A DNA stretch of 64,000 nt from Alphaproteobacteria bacterium (GTDB lineage: Bacteria > Pseudomonadota > Alphaproteobacteria > UBA828), in contig CAXXMU010000006.1 of assembly GCA_963667785.2 (NCBI GenBank), positions 128,001-192,000 of the forward strand, read 5' to 3'. The notes beneath the pieces were generated by a model. That model had not been told where the DNA came from and made no database searches. It saw nothing but the letters and a program-made list of their open reading frames with translations. Position 1 is the first letter of the stretch; every line of letters starts with the position of its first letter. This document shows positions 48,362-58,062 of this stretch, piece by piece. Both the position numbers and the translations under genes were made by a program.

Positions 48362-49003
48362 CTAGTCCTCCCGCTCCGCGCCGGCGGCGCGCAGGCCGCG
48401 CACGCTCGTCCGAAGATAGCCGATCGCGCTGGCCCAGGTCAGCAGAACCGCGAGCCAGAGCAGGCCCCTGCCGGCCTCGGCGAGCCCGCTGCCGGCGGTG
48501 TCGGGAAGCAGGGGCACCGCGGCGGGGGCGAGGAGAAGGATCACGATCGCGCCCATCTGCACGGCGGTCTTCCACTTGCCGAGCGGCTGGACCGGGAGCG
48601 CCACGGTGCCGGCGAGCGCCTCCCTGAGGCCCGCGATCAGGAACTCGCGGCAGAGGATCGCCACGACGGCGATCACGGGCGCCCGCCCGTCGACGGCCAG
48701 CATGACCAGCGCCGCCGCGACCAGGAGCTTGTCGGCGATGGGATCGAGAATGCGGCCGACGAGCGAGTGCTGATCGAGCCGGCGCGCGAGCCAGCCGTCG
48801 AGATAGTCGCTGATCGCCGCGGCCGCGAAGACCGCGAAGCCGAGCCAGAGCCCGGCCGGCCCGGCGACGAAGAACGAGCCGACGAGCACCGGAACCATGA
48901 GGATGCGCGCGCCGGTGACCGCGTTGGGCCAGCTCGCGAGGCGCAGCCGGCCGGCGTCGGCCGGCGCTTCGGGGCGCTCAGCGCCCGTCACGGAAGTGGT
49001 CAT
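48362..49003 (-). CDS. pgsA: CDP-diacylglycerol--glycerol-3-phosphate 3-phosphatidyltransferase
   Basis: 'PNAVTGARI', 'DYLDGWLARR...GRILDPIADK', 'GKWKTAVQM'; follows uvrC. Confidence 0.92.
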   Translation of the reverse strand: MTTSVTGAERPEAPADAGRLRLASWPNAVTGARILMVPVLVGSFFVAGPAGLWLGFAVFAAAAISDYLDGWLARRLDQHSLVGRILDPIADKLLVAAALVMLAVDGRAPVIAVVAILCREFLIAGLREALAGTVALPVQPLGKWKTAVQMGAIVILLLAPAAVPLLPDTAGSGLAEAGRGLLWLAVLLTWASAIGYLRTSVRGLRAAGAERED

Positions 49004-50927
49004 GGATCGCGCGCGCGACCGCGCTCGAGATGCCGTCGACGGTCTCGAGGTCCGCAAGTCCCGCCTGGCTGACCCCCCGCGCCGAGCCGAAGCGGTGGAG
49101 CAGCGCCTTCTTGCGGCGGGGACCGACGCCCGGAATCTCGTCGAGGGCGGAGCGGGCGCGCGCCTTGGAGCGCCTGGCCCGATGGGTGCCGATGGCGAAG
49201 CGGTGCGCCTCGTCCCGCAGGCGCTGCAGGAAGTAGAGCAGCGGCTCGCGCGCGCCGAGCGCGACCGGCGGCCGGTCGGGCAGGAAGATGCGTTCGCGGC
49301 CGGCGTTGCGCTCCGGCCCCTTGGCGATCGCCGCCACCGCCAGATCGGCGATGCCGAGATCGGCGAACACCCGCTGCGCCTCGCCGAGCTGGCCGGCGCC
49401 GCCGTCGATCAGCACGAGGTCGGGCCAGCCCTCGCCGGCACGCGCGGGGTCCTCCTTGATGAGGCGGGAGAAGCGGCGGCCGAGCACCTCGCGCATCATG
49501 GCGTAGTCGTCGCCGGGCGCCGCCTCGCCCGGCGCGCCCGCGCCGCCCGCCGCCACGGAGCGGATCGTGAACTTGCGATAGGCGTTCTTGATGAAGCCCT
49601 CCGGCCCGGCGACGATCATGCTGCCCACTGCATCGGTGCCGGAGATGTGGCTGTTGTCGTAGACCTCGATGCGGCCGGGCGCGCTCTCCAGCCCGAACTT
49701 TTCTGCCAGGCTCTCGAGCAGGCGCCGCTGCGCCGTGCTTTCGCCGAGCCGGCGGGCGAGCGCCTCGCGGGCGTTGCGCTCGGCATCCTCCACCAGCTTG
49801 CGCTTGTCGCCGCGCAGCGGACGACGGACCCGGACCCGGCGCCCGGCCCTGAGCGTCAGCGCCTCGGCGATCAGGGGCGCCTCGGCCAGCGGCCGGTTGA
49901 CCAGGACGAGCGGCGGCGCCTCGCGCGCGCTGTAGAACTGGCCGATGAAGGCGCGGAGGATCGCTTCCGCCGGCTCGTCCGCCGCGTGGCGGGGGAAGAA
50001 CGCGCGGTTGCCGTAGTTCTGGCCCGAGCGGAAGAAGAAGACCTGGACGCAGGCCCGCCCCGCCGCGTCGTGGATGGCGACGACGTCGGCGTCCCCCATC
50101 GCGGGAATGTTGATGCCCTGACGCATCTGGATGTGGGCGAGCGCCTTGATCCGGTCGCGATAGGCCGCGGCGGTCTCGAACTCAAGGGCGTCGCTCGCCG
50201 CGGTCATCCGCTCGGTGAGCCGGCGCTGGACCTGCTGGCTGCGGCCGGCGAGGAAGCTCCGCGCCTCCTCCACCAGCCCGTCATAGTCGGCCTTGCTGAT
50301 CCGCCCCACGCAGGGCGCGGTGCAGCGCTTGATCTGATACTGCAGGCAGGGCCGGGTGCGGCTCTCCAGCACCGAATCCGAGCAGGAGCGCAGCGGGAAG
50401 GCGCGCTGGAGCGCGTTGATGGTGAGGTTGACCGCGCCGGCCGACGCGAACGGGCCGAAATAGTCGCCGTCGCCGCTCTTGGCGCCGCGGTACTTGGCGA
50501 TCTGCGGCCATTGATGCCCCCGGCGGAGCAGGATGAAGGGGAAGGACTTGTCGTCCCGGAGAAGGATGTTGTAGTGCGGCTTGAGCCGCTTGATCATGTT
50601 GCTCTCGAGCAGCAGCGCCTCGACTTCGCCCTCCGTGGTGGTCACCTCGACCGCCGCCGTGGCGGCGACCATACGCTGCAGGCGGACCGGCAGCGTGCGG
50701 ACGTTGACGTAGCTCGCGACCCGCTTTCTCAGGCTCTTGGCCTTGCCGACATAGAGCGGCTTCTCGCGCGCGTCGCGCATGCAGTAGACGCCGGGGCCGG
50801 CCGGCATGGTCGCCAGCGCCGTGCGCAGCGCCGCCACGCCGCGCTCAAGCGAGACGCCCGGCTCGACCAGCGCCGCGGCATCGTCCGTGACGGACGTGGT
50901 CGGCCGCTCGATCTGCACGTCCACCAT
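48978..50927 (-). CDS. uvrC: Excinuclease ABC subunit C
   Basis: GIY-YIG 'PGVY...LYVGKAKSL', 'RIEVYDNSH', 'DGGAGQ', 'RDEAHRFA', HhH. Start approximate. Confidence 0.96.
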   Translation of the reverse strand: MVDVQIERPTTSVTDDAAALVEPGVSLERGVAALRTALATMPAGPGVYCMRDAREKPLYVGKAKSLRKRVASYVNVRTLPVRLQRMVAATAAVEVTTTEGEVEALLLESNMIKRLKPHYNILLRDDKSFPFILLRRGHQWPQIAKYRGAKSGDGDYFGPFASAGAVNLTINALQRAFPLRSCSDSVLESRTRPCLQYQIKRCTAPCVGRISKADYDGLVEEARSFLAGRSQQVQRRLTERMTAASDALEFETAAAYRDRIKALAHIQMRQGINIPAMGDADVVAIHDAAGRACVQVFFFRSGQNYGNRAFFPRHAADEPAEAILRAFIGQFYSAREAPPLVLVNRPLAEAPLIAEALTLRAGRRVRVRRPLRGDKRKLVEDAERNAREALARRLGESTAQRRLLESLAEKFGLESAPGRIEVYDNSHISGTDAVGSMIVAGPEGFIKNAYRKFTIRSVAAGGAGAPGEAAPGDDYAMMREVLGRRFSRLIKEDPARAGEGWPDLVLIDGGAGQLGEAQRVFADLGIADLAVAAIAKGPERNAGRERIFLPDRPPVALGAREPLLYFLQRLRDEAHRFAIGTHRARRSKARARSALDEIPGVGPRRKKALLHRFGSARGVSQAGLADLETVDGISSAVARAIHDHFRDGR

Positions 50928-51136
50928 CGCGTCATCCGCCTGATGCGCCGCTTGGCCTGAGAGATAGTCCCTGCTCCCCGGCCCGTCAACGCATCGCCCG
51001 GCCGGGCAAGGGCGAACGGGGCCGACCAATCCCTTCGTCTCGCCGGTCAAAGCGGGCTATGATCCGCGTGACGGCCGGCCTGCCGGCGCAGGGGCTCGGC
51101 GGGGGGCCGCGACACTGAATCGGGGAAGAGAGAACC

Positions 51137-52354
51137 ATGAGAACCATGAAAGGACTCCGGCTGGCCGCTTCCGCCGCGCTCGCCGCGGCGCTGTGTGTCG
51201 GGCTTGCGCCGGGCGCCAAGGCCGACGGCCACGAGGTGAAGGTCGGCGTGATCCTCGGCTTCACAGGCCCGATCGAGTCGCTGACGCCGCCGATGGGGGC
51301 CTCCGCGGAGCTGGCGCTCAAGGAAGCGTCGGATTCGGGCGCGTTCCTGGGCGGCAAGGTGCTGGTGCCCGTCAGGGGCGATTCGACCTGCATCGACGCG
51401 GCGGCCGCGACCGCTGCGGCGGAGCGCCTGGTCACCGCCGAGGGCGTCGCCGCGATCTTCGGTGCCGACTGCTCGGGCGTCACCATTGCAATTACCAATA
51501 ACGTCTCGGTGCCGAACGGGGTGGTCACCATCTCGCCGTCGGCGACCTCGCCGGCGCTGACCACGATCGAGGACAACGGTCTCTTCTTCCGCACCGCGCC
51601 CTCGGATGCGCGGCAGGGGCAGGTGATGGCCGAGATCCTGGTCGAGCGCGGCATCAACAGCGTCGCCGTCACCTACACCAACAACGACTACGGCAAGGGC
51701 CTCGACGGCAGCTTCGGCGCGGCGTACGCGGCCCTCGGCGGCACGGTCGAGATTTCGGCGGCGCACGAGGACGGCAAGGGCGACTACTCGGCCGAGGTGG
51801 GCGCGCTCGCGGCCTCCGGCGCCGAGCACCTGGTGGTCTTCGGTTACGTCGACCAGGGCGGCAAGGGGATCATCCAGACTGCCGTCGACACCGGCGCCTT
51901 CGAGAACTTCGTGATCGCCGACGGCATGATCGGCGACACCCTGATCGAGGCGATCGGGGATGCGCTGAACGGCACCATCGGCACCCTGCCCGGCTCCGAC
52001 AGCGCGGGCGCCCAGATGTTCATCGACCACGCCGCGGCCAACGGGGTCGAGGGCGACGGCCCGTTCCGGGGCGAGTCCTACGACGCGGCGGCGCTGATCG
52101 CGCTCGCCATGCAGGCGGCGGGCTCGGCGGATCGCGGCGCGATTCAGGCGCACGTCATGGCGGTCGCCAACGCGCCAGGCGAGAAGATCCTGCCGGGCGA
52201 GCTCGCCAAGGGTCTCCAGATCCTCGCCGACGGTGGCGAGATCGACTACGACGGAGCCACCAACGTCGAGCTCACCGGCGTGGGCGAGGCCGCAGGCTCC
52301 TACAAGGAGCTCGAGGTCGAGGGCGGCGCCTTCGTGACCAAGGCGATCCGCTAG
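51137..52354 (+). CDS. Branched-chain amino acid-type ABC substrate-binding protein
   Basis: Signal peptide; 'LGFTGPIESL', 'ISPSATSPAL', 'FFRTAPSD'. Confidence 0.92.
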   Translation: MRTMKGLRLAASAALAAALCVGLAPGAKADGHEVKVGVILGFTGPIESLTPPMGASAELALKEASDSGAFLGGKVLVPVRGDSTCIDAAAATAAAERLVTAEGVAAIFGADCSGVTIAITNNVSVPNGVVTISPSATSPALTTIEDNGLFFRTAPSDARQGQVMAEILVERGINSVAVTYTNNDYGKGLDGSFGAAYAALGGTVEISAAHEDGKGDYSAEVGALAASGAEHLVVFGYVDQGGKGIIQTAVDTGAFENFVIADGMIGDTLIEAIGDALNGTIGTLPGSDSAGAQMFIDHAAANGVEGDGPFRGESYDAAALIALAMQAAGSADRGAIQAHVMAVANAPGEKILPGELAKGLQILADGGEIDYDGATNVELTGVGEAAGSYKELEVEGGAFVTKAIR

Positions 52355-52414
52355 ATCGGACGAGGGACGGCGGCTCGGACGGCAACGGCCGGGCCGCCGC
52401 CCGCATCGCAGGCC

Positions 52415-53224
52415 ATGGGAGAGGCCGCAGGCGCAGCGCCTCCCATGATCCGGGTCGAGAACCTGCACCTGCACTTCGGCGGCATCCGTGCCGTCGACGG
52501 CGTCAGCCTGGAGATCGCGCAAGGCTCGATCACCGGCCTGATCGGCCCCAACGGCGCCGGCAAGACCACCCTCTTCAACGTCATCGCCGGCGTCTTCGCG
52601 CCCTCCGAGGGCCGCGTCTTCCTCCAGGACCAGGACATCACCGGACTGAAGCCGCACCAGCTCTTCCACAGGGGCGTGCTGCGCACCTTCCAGATCGCCC
52701 ACGAGTTCAGCAGCCTCACCGTCGCCGAGAACCTGACCATGGTGCCCGCCGGCCAGGCCGGGGAGGAGCTGGCCAACACCTGGTTCCGCCGCGCCAAGGT
52801 GCGCGCGCAGGAGGAGAAGATCCGCGCCAGGGCGGCGGACGTCATCGGCTTCCTCGGCCTGGACGAGGTCGCGGGCGAACGCGCGGGCGCGCTCTCCGGC
52901 GGCCAGAAGAAGCTGCTCGAGCTCGGCCGGACGATGATGGCCGAGCCCCGGATCGTCTTCCTCGACGAGGTCGGCGCCGGCGTGAACCGCACGCTGCTGC
53001 GCTCCATCGGCGACGCCATTCTCCGCCTCAACCGGGAGCGCGGCTACACCTTCTGCATGATCGAGCACGACATCGACTTCATCTCGCGGCTGTGCCAGCC
53101 GGTCATCGTCATGGCCGAGGGGAAGGTGCTCACCCAGGGCTCACCGGCAGAGGTCAAGGCGGACCCGCGGGTGATCGATTCCTACCTCGGGCGGGGCCGG
53201 AGGCACGGCGGCGGCGGGCCATGA
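52415..53224 (+). CDS. LivG-like ABC ATP-binding protein
   Basis: GPNGAGKTT, RTFQ, LSGGQKK, IEHD. Confidence 0.93.
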   Translation: MGEAAGAAPPMIRVENLHLHFGGIRAVDGVSLEIAQGSITGLIGPNGAGKTTLFNVIAGVFAPSEGRVFLQDQDITGLKPHQLFHRGVLRTFQIAHEFSSLTVAENLTMVPAGQAGEELANTWFRRAKVRAQEEKIRARAADVIGFLGLDEVAGERAGALSGGQKKLLELGRTMMAEPRIVFLDEVGAGVNRTLLRSIGDAILRLNRERGYTFCMIEHDIDFISRLCQPVIVMAEGKVLTQGSPAEVKADPRVIDSYLGRGRRHGGGGP

Positions 53225-53928
53225 GCTTTCTCGCGGGCGCGGGAATGACCGGCGGCTACGGCGGCCCGGACATCATCCGCGGCTGCACCATCGAGGCCGA
53301 GCCGGGCCAGGTCGCGGTCATCGTCGGCCCCAACGGCGCCGGCAAGTCGACCGCCATGAAGGCGATCTTCGGCATGGTCCAGCTTCGCGAGGGCACGGTC
53401 GAGCTCGACGGCGAGGACATCACCCGGCTCAGCCCGCAGGAGCGCGTGCGCAAGGGCATGGGCTTCGTGCCCCAGGAGCGCAACGTCTTCACCACCATGA
53501 CGGTCCAGGAAAACCTGGAGATGGGCGCCTACATCCGCGAGGCGGGCGCCGCCGCCGACACCATGGCGCAGGTCTTCGACCTCTTCCCCATCCTGAAGGA
53601 GAGGCGGCGCCAGATCGCCGGCGAGCTCTCGGGCGGCCAGCGCCAGCAGGTGGCGATCGGCCGGGCGCTGATGACGGAGCCCCGGCTGCTCATGCTGGAC
53701 GAGCCGACGGCCGGCGTCTCGCCCGTGGTCATGGACGATCTCTTCGACCGTATCCTGGAGATCCGCGCGACCGGCATCGCCATCCTCATGGTCGAGCAGA
53801 ACGCAGCCCAGGCGCTTTCCATCGCCGATCGCGGCTATGTCCTCGTGACCGGCGAGAACCGCTACACGGATACGGGCGAGGCACTCCTCTCCGACCCCGA
53901 GGTGCGCCGCTCCTTCCTCGGCGGATAG
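53221..53928 (+). CDS. LivF-like ABC ATP-binding protein
   Basis: GPNGAGKST, LSGGQRQ, LDEPTAG, VEQNA. Confidence 0.93.
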   Translation: MSFLAGAGMTGGYGGPDIIRGCTIEAEPGQVAVIVGPNGAGKSTAMKAIFGMVQLREGTVELDGEDITRLSPQERVRKGMGFVPQERNVFTTMTVQENLEMGAYIREAGAAADTMAQVFDLFPILKERRRQIAGELSGGQRQQVAIGRALMTEPRLLMLDEPTAGVSPVVMDDLFDRILEIRATGIAILMVEQNAAQALSIADRGYVLVTGENRYTDTGEALLSDPEVRRSFLGG

Positions 53929-53931
53929 GCC

Positions 53932-54948
53932 ATGAGCGACGTCGCGAACGCGCTCGTCCTGCTGACGAACTTCGTCATCGTGCCGGGCGTCGCCTACGGC
54001 TCCCAGCTCGCCCTCGGCGCCCTCGGCGTCACCCTCATCTTCGGCATTTTGCGCTTCGCCAACTTCTCCCACGGGGACGTGATGGCGTTCGGCACCATGG
54101 TGGTGCTGCTGACCACGTGGTGGTTGCAGGGGATGGACGTCGGCATCGCGCCGCTGCCGACGGCGCTGCTCGCGCTCCCCTTCGGGATCGTGGCGGCCGC
54201 CGCCTTCAACCTGAGCGCGGACCGCCTCGTCTTCCGCTTCTACCGGCGCCGCAAGAGCCCGCCGGTGATCCTGCTGATCGCCTCGATCGGCGTGATGTTC
54301 GCGCTGCAGGGCATCGTCCGCTTCATCATCGGCCCGGATGACCGCCGCCTCGCCGACGGCGCGCGCTTCCTGATCAAGGCGTCGGAGTTCAAGGAGGCGA
54401 CCGGGCTGAAGGAGGGCCTGGCGATCAAGCTCTCCCAGGGGCTGACGCTGGCGGTCACCGCGATCGCGGTCACCGCGCTCTTCTGGTTCCTGCACCGCAC
54501 GCGGGCCGGCAAGGCGATGCGGGCCTATTCCGACAACGAGGACCTGGCGCTGCTCTCCGGCGTCAACCCGGACCGTGTGGTGTTCTACGCCTGGCTGATC
54601 GCCGGCACGCTGGCGGCGGTTGCCGGCACCATGTACGGCATCGACAAGAGCTTTAAGCCGTTCACCTATTTCCAGATCCTCCTGCCCATCTTCGCAGCGG
54701 CGATCCTCGGCGGGATCGGCAACCCGCTGGGCGCGGTCGCCGGCGGCTTCATCGTGGCGCTGTCCGAGACCGCGGTGACATACGCCTACAAGAAGTTCCT
54801 GCGCTACCTCGTGCCCGAGAGCTGGGAGCCGAGCGGGCTCATGCAGTTGCTGTCGACCGACTACAAGCTGGCGATCTCCTTCGTCATCCTGGTGGTCGTG
54901 CTGCTGGTGCGCCCGACCGGAATCTTCCGGGGGCGGGTGCTGTCATGA
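53932..54948 (+). CDS. LivH-like ABC permease
   Basis: 'LRFANFSHGD', 'GKAMRAYSDN', 'ILGGIGNP'. Confidence 0.92.
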   Translation: MSDVANALVLLTNFVIVPGVAYGSQLALGALGVTLIFGILRFANFSHGDVMAFGTMVVLLTTWWLQGMDVGIAPLPTALLALPFGIVAAAAFNLSADRLVFRFYRRRKSPPVILLIASIGVMFALQGIVRFIIGPDDRRLADGARFLIKASEFKEATGLKEGLAIKLSQGLTLAVTAIAVTALFWFLHRTRAGKAMRAYSDNEDLALLSGVNPDRVVFYAWLIAGTLAAVAGTMYGIDKSFKPFTYFQILLPIFAAAILGGIGNPLGAVAGGFIVALSETAVTYAYKKFLRYLVPESWEPSGLMQLLSTDYKLAISFVILVVVLLVRPTGIFRGRVLS

Positions 54949-56258
54949 GGCCGGGCTTGCGCAACCCGGCGCTCTTCGCCGTCATGGCGCTGCTGCTCAT
55001 GGCGGTCGGCTTCGGCCAGTCCTGGGTGGTCAGCCTCTCGATCCTCAACCTCTGCCTGATCTCCGCGATCATGGCGCTCGGCCTCAACATGCAGTGGGGC
55101 TACGCGGGCCTGCTCAACGTCGGCGTGATGGGCTTCGCCGCGCTCGGCGGGCTGGCCGGCGTGCTGGTCTCGCAGTCGCCGGTGACGGATGCGTGGGCCG
55201 CGGGCGGCGAAGACCTCGGCTTCGCGCTCGCCGTGCTGGTAGGCATCGTGGTGGCGATCGTGCTGGCGCGCCGCCTGCTGCGGAAGGGGCCGCTGCGCAC
55301 GGCGGCGACGGTCCTCCTTCTGGTCGGGGGGTTCTTCCTCATCCGCATCTTCTTCGACCCGGCGGTGGACGCGATCGAGGACGTGGACAGCGCGCGGACC
55401 GGCTATCTCGGCGGCGCCGGCTTGCCGATCATCCTCTCCTGGGCGGTGGGCGGGCTGCTCGCCGCCGGCGCGGCCTGGCTCATCGGCAAGGTTGCGCTCG
55501 GGCTGCGCGCGGACTACTTCGCCATCGCCACCCTCGGCATCGCCGAGATCGTCATCACCGTCATCAAGAACGAGGACTGGCTCAGCCGGGGCGTGAAGAA
55601 CGTCACCGGCCTCGACCGGCCGGTGCCCTACGAGATCGACCTGCAGGCGAGCCCCTGGTTCCTCGATCTCGTCCACTGGCTGGGGGCGGACCCGATCGCG
55701 GGCACGAGCATCTTCGTGAAGCTCTGCTACGCGGTCCTCTTCGCGCTCGTGCTCATGGCCATCGTGTGGCTGGCCGAGCGGGCGCTGAACTCGCCCTGGG
55801 GCCGCATGATGCGCGCCATCCGCGACAACGAGGACGCGGCCGCCGCCATGGGCAAGGACGTCACCCGCCGCCACATGCAGATCTTCGTCCTGGGCGCGGC
55901 CGTCATGGGAATCGCAGGCGCGATGCTCACCACGCTCGACGGCCAGTTCACGCCGGGCAGCTACCAGCCGCTCCGCTTCACCTTCCTGATCTGGGTGATG
56001 GTGATCGTTGGCGGCTCGGGCAACAACTGGGGCGCGGTGCTCGGCGGCTTCCTGGTCTGGTTCCTGTGGGTCGAGGCGGAGCCGGCCGCCTTCTGGCTGA
56101 TGGATGCCATCACCGCCGGCCTCGACCAGAGCCACCCGCTGCGGGCCCACCTGCTCGACAGCGCGGCCTACATGCGCCTCATCGTGATGGGGCTGATCCT
56201 CCTCGTCGTCCTGCGCTTCAGCCCGCGCGGCATCATTCCGGAACGGCGCGGCCGCTGA
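54945..56258 (+). CDS. LivM-like ABC permease
   Basis: 'LNMQWGYAGL', 'LRADYFAIATL', 'WGRMMRAIRDNE', 'VGGSGN'. Confidence 0.92.
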   Translation: MRPGLRNPALFAVMALLLMAVGFGQSWVVSLSILNLCLISAIMALGLNMQWGYAGLLNVGVMGFAALGGLAGVLVSQSPVTDAWAAGGEDLGFALAVLVGIVVAIVLARRLLRKGPLRTAATVLLLVGGFFLIRIFFDPAVDAIEDVDSARTGYLGGAGLPIILSWAVGGLLAAGAAWLIGKVALGLRADYFAIATLGIAEIVITVIKNEDWLSRGVKNVTGLDRPVPYEIDLQASPWFLDLVHWLGADPIAGTSIFVKLCYAVLFALVLMAIVWLAERALNSPWGRMMRAIRDNEDAAAAMGKDVTRRHMQIFVLGAAVMGIAGAMLTTLDGQFTPGSYQPLRFTFLIWVMVIVGGSGNNWGAVLGGFLVWFLWVEAEPAAFWLMDAITAGLDQSHPLRAHLLDSAAYMRLIVMGLILLVVLRFSPRGIIPERRGR

Positions 56259-56422
56259 GCCGGCGCCCGCCGGCGGCGCCATCCAGACGCGGCCCAGGAG
56301 GCTGCGTATCGCATGCCGGGGTTGTTCGGCGCCCCGGTTTGACCCCCGATTGGAGTGGGTCCCTTGGGCCGATCAACAATCCTTGCCGTCAATCTGGAGG
56401 GCCATGGGATAGACGGCCTCGG

Positions 56423-57649
56423 CTATCGGCACTCGGCGTTGCCGGTCTTCTTCACGCGTTCGTGCCGCGGTTCCGTTTCCGTCAGCGTCTCGAGAAACGC
56501 GACGAGGTCGGCCTTCTCCCGCGCGCTCAGGTCGAGGCGGCGCAGAATCCGCTCGCCGCCGGCGTGCAGCCGTTCCTCGTCGAAGGTCGAATAGTGGTGG
56601 GCGACGTCGGCGAGCGTCGCGAGGCTGCCGGCATGCATGTAGGGCGCGGTGAGCGCCACGTTGCGCAGGCCCGGCACCCGGAACTCGCCGAAGTTGCTCT
56701 GGCGCAGGTCGACGTAGCGGGTCTTGGCGGCGGTGGAGTGCCCCGCATCGTCGTTGAAGCGGCCCAGCAGGGTGTACGGGCTCCGGCGCAGTTTGCGAAT
56801 GCCGCCGTGCCGGCCGGGATCGACCCGGCCGGGTTCGACGAAATGCGGCACGCCGGCGTCGGCGAACTCGCCGTTGGTGAAGGCCGGGCCGAAATGGCAG
56901 AAGGCGCAGTTGCCCCGGCCCACGAACAGGCGCAGGCCGCGCGCAGCCGCGGCGGGATAGCGCGCCCGCTCTGCCGCATCGTTGCGCGCGAGCGCATCGC
57001 GGAATTCGTCGAACGGCGTGCGGCCGCTGACCTGGGTTTCCAGGAACACCGCCAGCGCCTTGCCGAGATCGACGAAAACCTGCTCGTCGTCCGCGCCGGG
57101 CGCTGCGCCGAACGCGCGCCGGTAGCTGCAGGAAAGCTGTCCGTCGGCGCGGAGCAGCCGCGCCGCATCGCCGGGGCCGATACCCATTTCGCGCCCGTCG
57201 AGCAGGGGCCGCAGGTTCTGCGCCCACAGCGAGTCCTGCGCGCCGTCCCAGCCGAACCAGCGGTTGAAGCGCAGGTTGAACAGGGCGGGCGCGTTGCGGT
57301 CGACGGTCCGCTGCCCGCGGCTGCGCGGCAGGCCGTCGGTCCAGGCCCGGTCCGGCGGGTGGCAGGTTGCGCAGGAGACCGTGCCGGAGAGCGACAGGCG
57401 CGGATCGAAGAACAGCGCCCGGCCGAAGGCGATGGCGGCCGGCTTGCCGGAAACCCGGTTGCTCGGATCCGGCTGCAAGGCCGGCGGCCACGGCCCGTGA
57501 CGCAGGATGCGGCGCTCTTCCGCGGCGGTGAAGTCGAGGGCCGGCGCCGGCGCGGCGAAGCCGGAGAGCAGACAGAATACAATCGCCAGTCCCGAGAGCC
57601 CGGCGGCCAGCCGTGCGGCGGCGGACGCGCCGGAGCGCCGGGACGTCAC
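56423..57649 (-). CDS. Di-haem cytochrome c peroxidase/MauG-family protein
   Basis: Signal peptide; CATCH and CAFCH haem motifs; 'LFFDPRLS', 'FGWDG', 'LRNVALTAPYMH'. Confidence 0.9.
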   Translation of the reverse strand: MTSRRSGASAAARLAAGLSGLAIVFCLLSGFAAPAPALDFTAAEERRILRHGPWPPALQPDPSNRVSGKPAAIAFGRALFFDPRLSLSGTVSCATCHPPDRAWTDGLPRSRGQRTVDRNAPALFNLRFNRWFGWDGAQDSLWAQNLRPLLDGREMGIGPGDAARLLRADGQLSCSYRRAFGAAPGADDEQVFVDLGKALAVFLETQVSGRTPFDEFRDALARNDAAERARYPAAAARGLRLFVGRGNCAFCHFGPAFTNGEFADAGVPHFVEPGRVDPGRHGGIRKLRRSPYTLLGRFNDDAGHSTAAKTRYVDLRQSNFGEFRVPGLRNVALTAPYMHAGSLATLADVAHHYSTFDEERLHAGGERILRRLDLSAREKADLVAFLETLTETEPRHERVKKTGNAECR

Positions 57650-58056
57650 TCCAGCACCGCCTCCGCGGTCAGCGTCTCGCGGCCCGCCGCACCGCGGACA
57701 TCCAGAATCAGCTGCCAGCGCCCCGGCATGTGGAACATCAGGCCCTCGGCGGTTCCGGAGAGGCCGTTCAGGGTCACTCCGGGCCGGTAGTTCATGCCGT
57801 GCCGGTGGTCCGGCATCCAGCCGCGCACCTTGAGACGGTCGACCGGCGGCCCGCACAGATGGAATCGGATGGAAAAATGCGCGCCGACCGGGATGGGGGC
57901 GGGCTCCGAGCGCCACCATGCCGTCCACAGCTCGCCGGCGATTTTCGCGCCGCCGGCCCAGCCCTCCGGACGGTCGCAGGCCGCCGCCTGACCGGCCGCA
58001 AGCACGAGCGCGAGCGCGGCCGCCAGCGCCGCTCCGCCGAGGCGCCACCGGGCCAT
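57646..58056 (-). CDS. YtkA-like secreted Ig-fold protein with a Met/His motif
   Basis: Signal peptide; 'MPDHRHGMNYRP', 'GLMFHMPGRW'; GTGA coupling to the peroxidase. Confidence 0.75.
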   Translation of the reverse strand: MARWRLGGAALAAALALVLAAGQAAACDRPEGWAGGAKIAGELWTAWWRSEPAPIPVGAHFSIRFHLCGPPVDRLKVRGWMPDHRHGMNYRPGVTLNGLSGTAEGLMFHMPGRWQLILDVRGAAGRETLTAEAVLE

Positions 58057-58062
58057 CGCGCG

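Noticed and set aside
56300-56420. Lower-GC intergenic stretch with TTTGACCCCC resembling an IS end
   Set aside because: No partner inverted repeat, target duplication or transposase remnant is visible.
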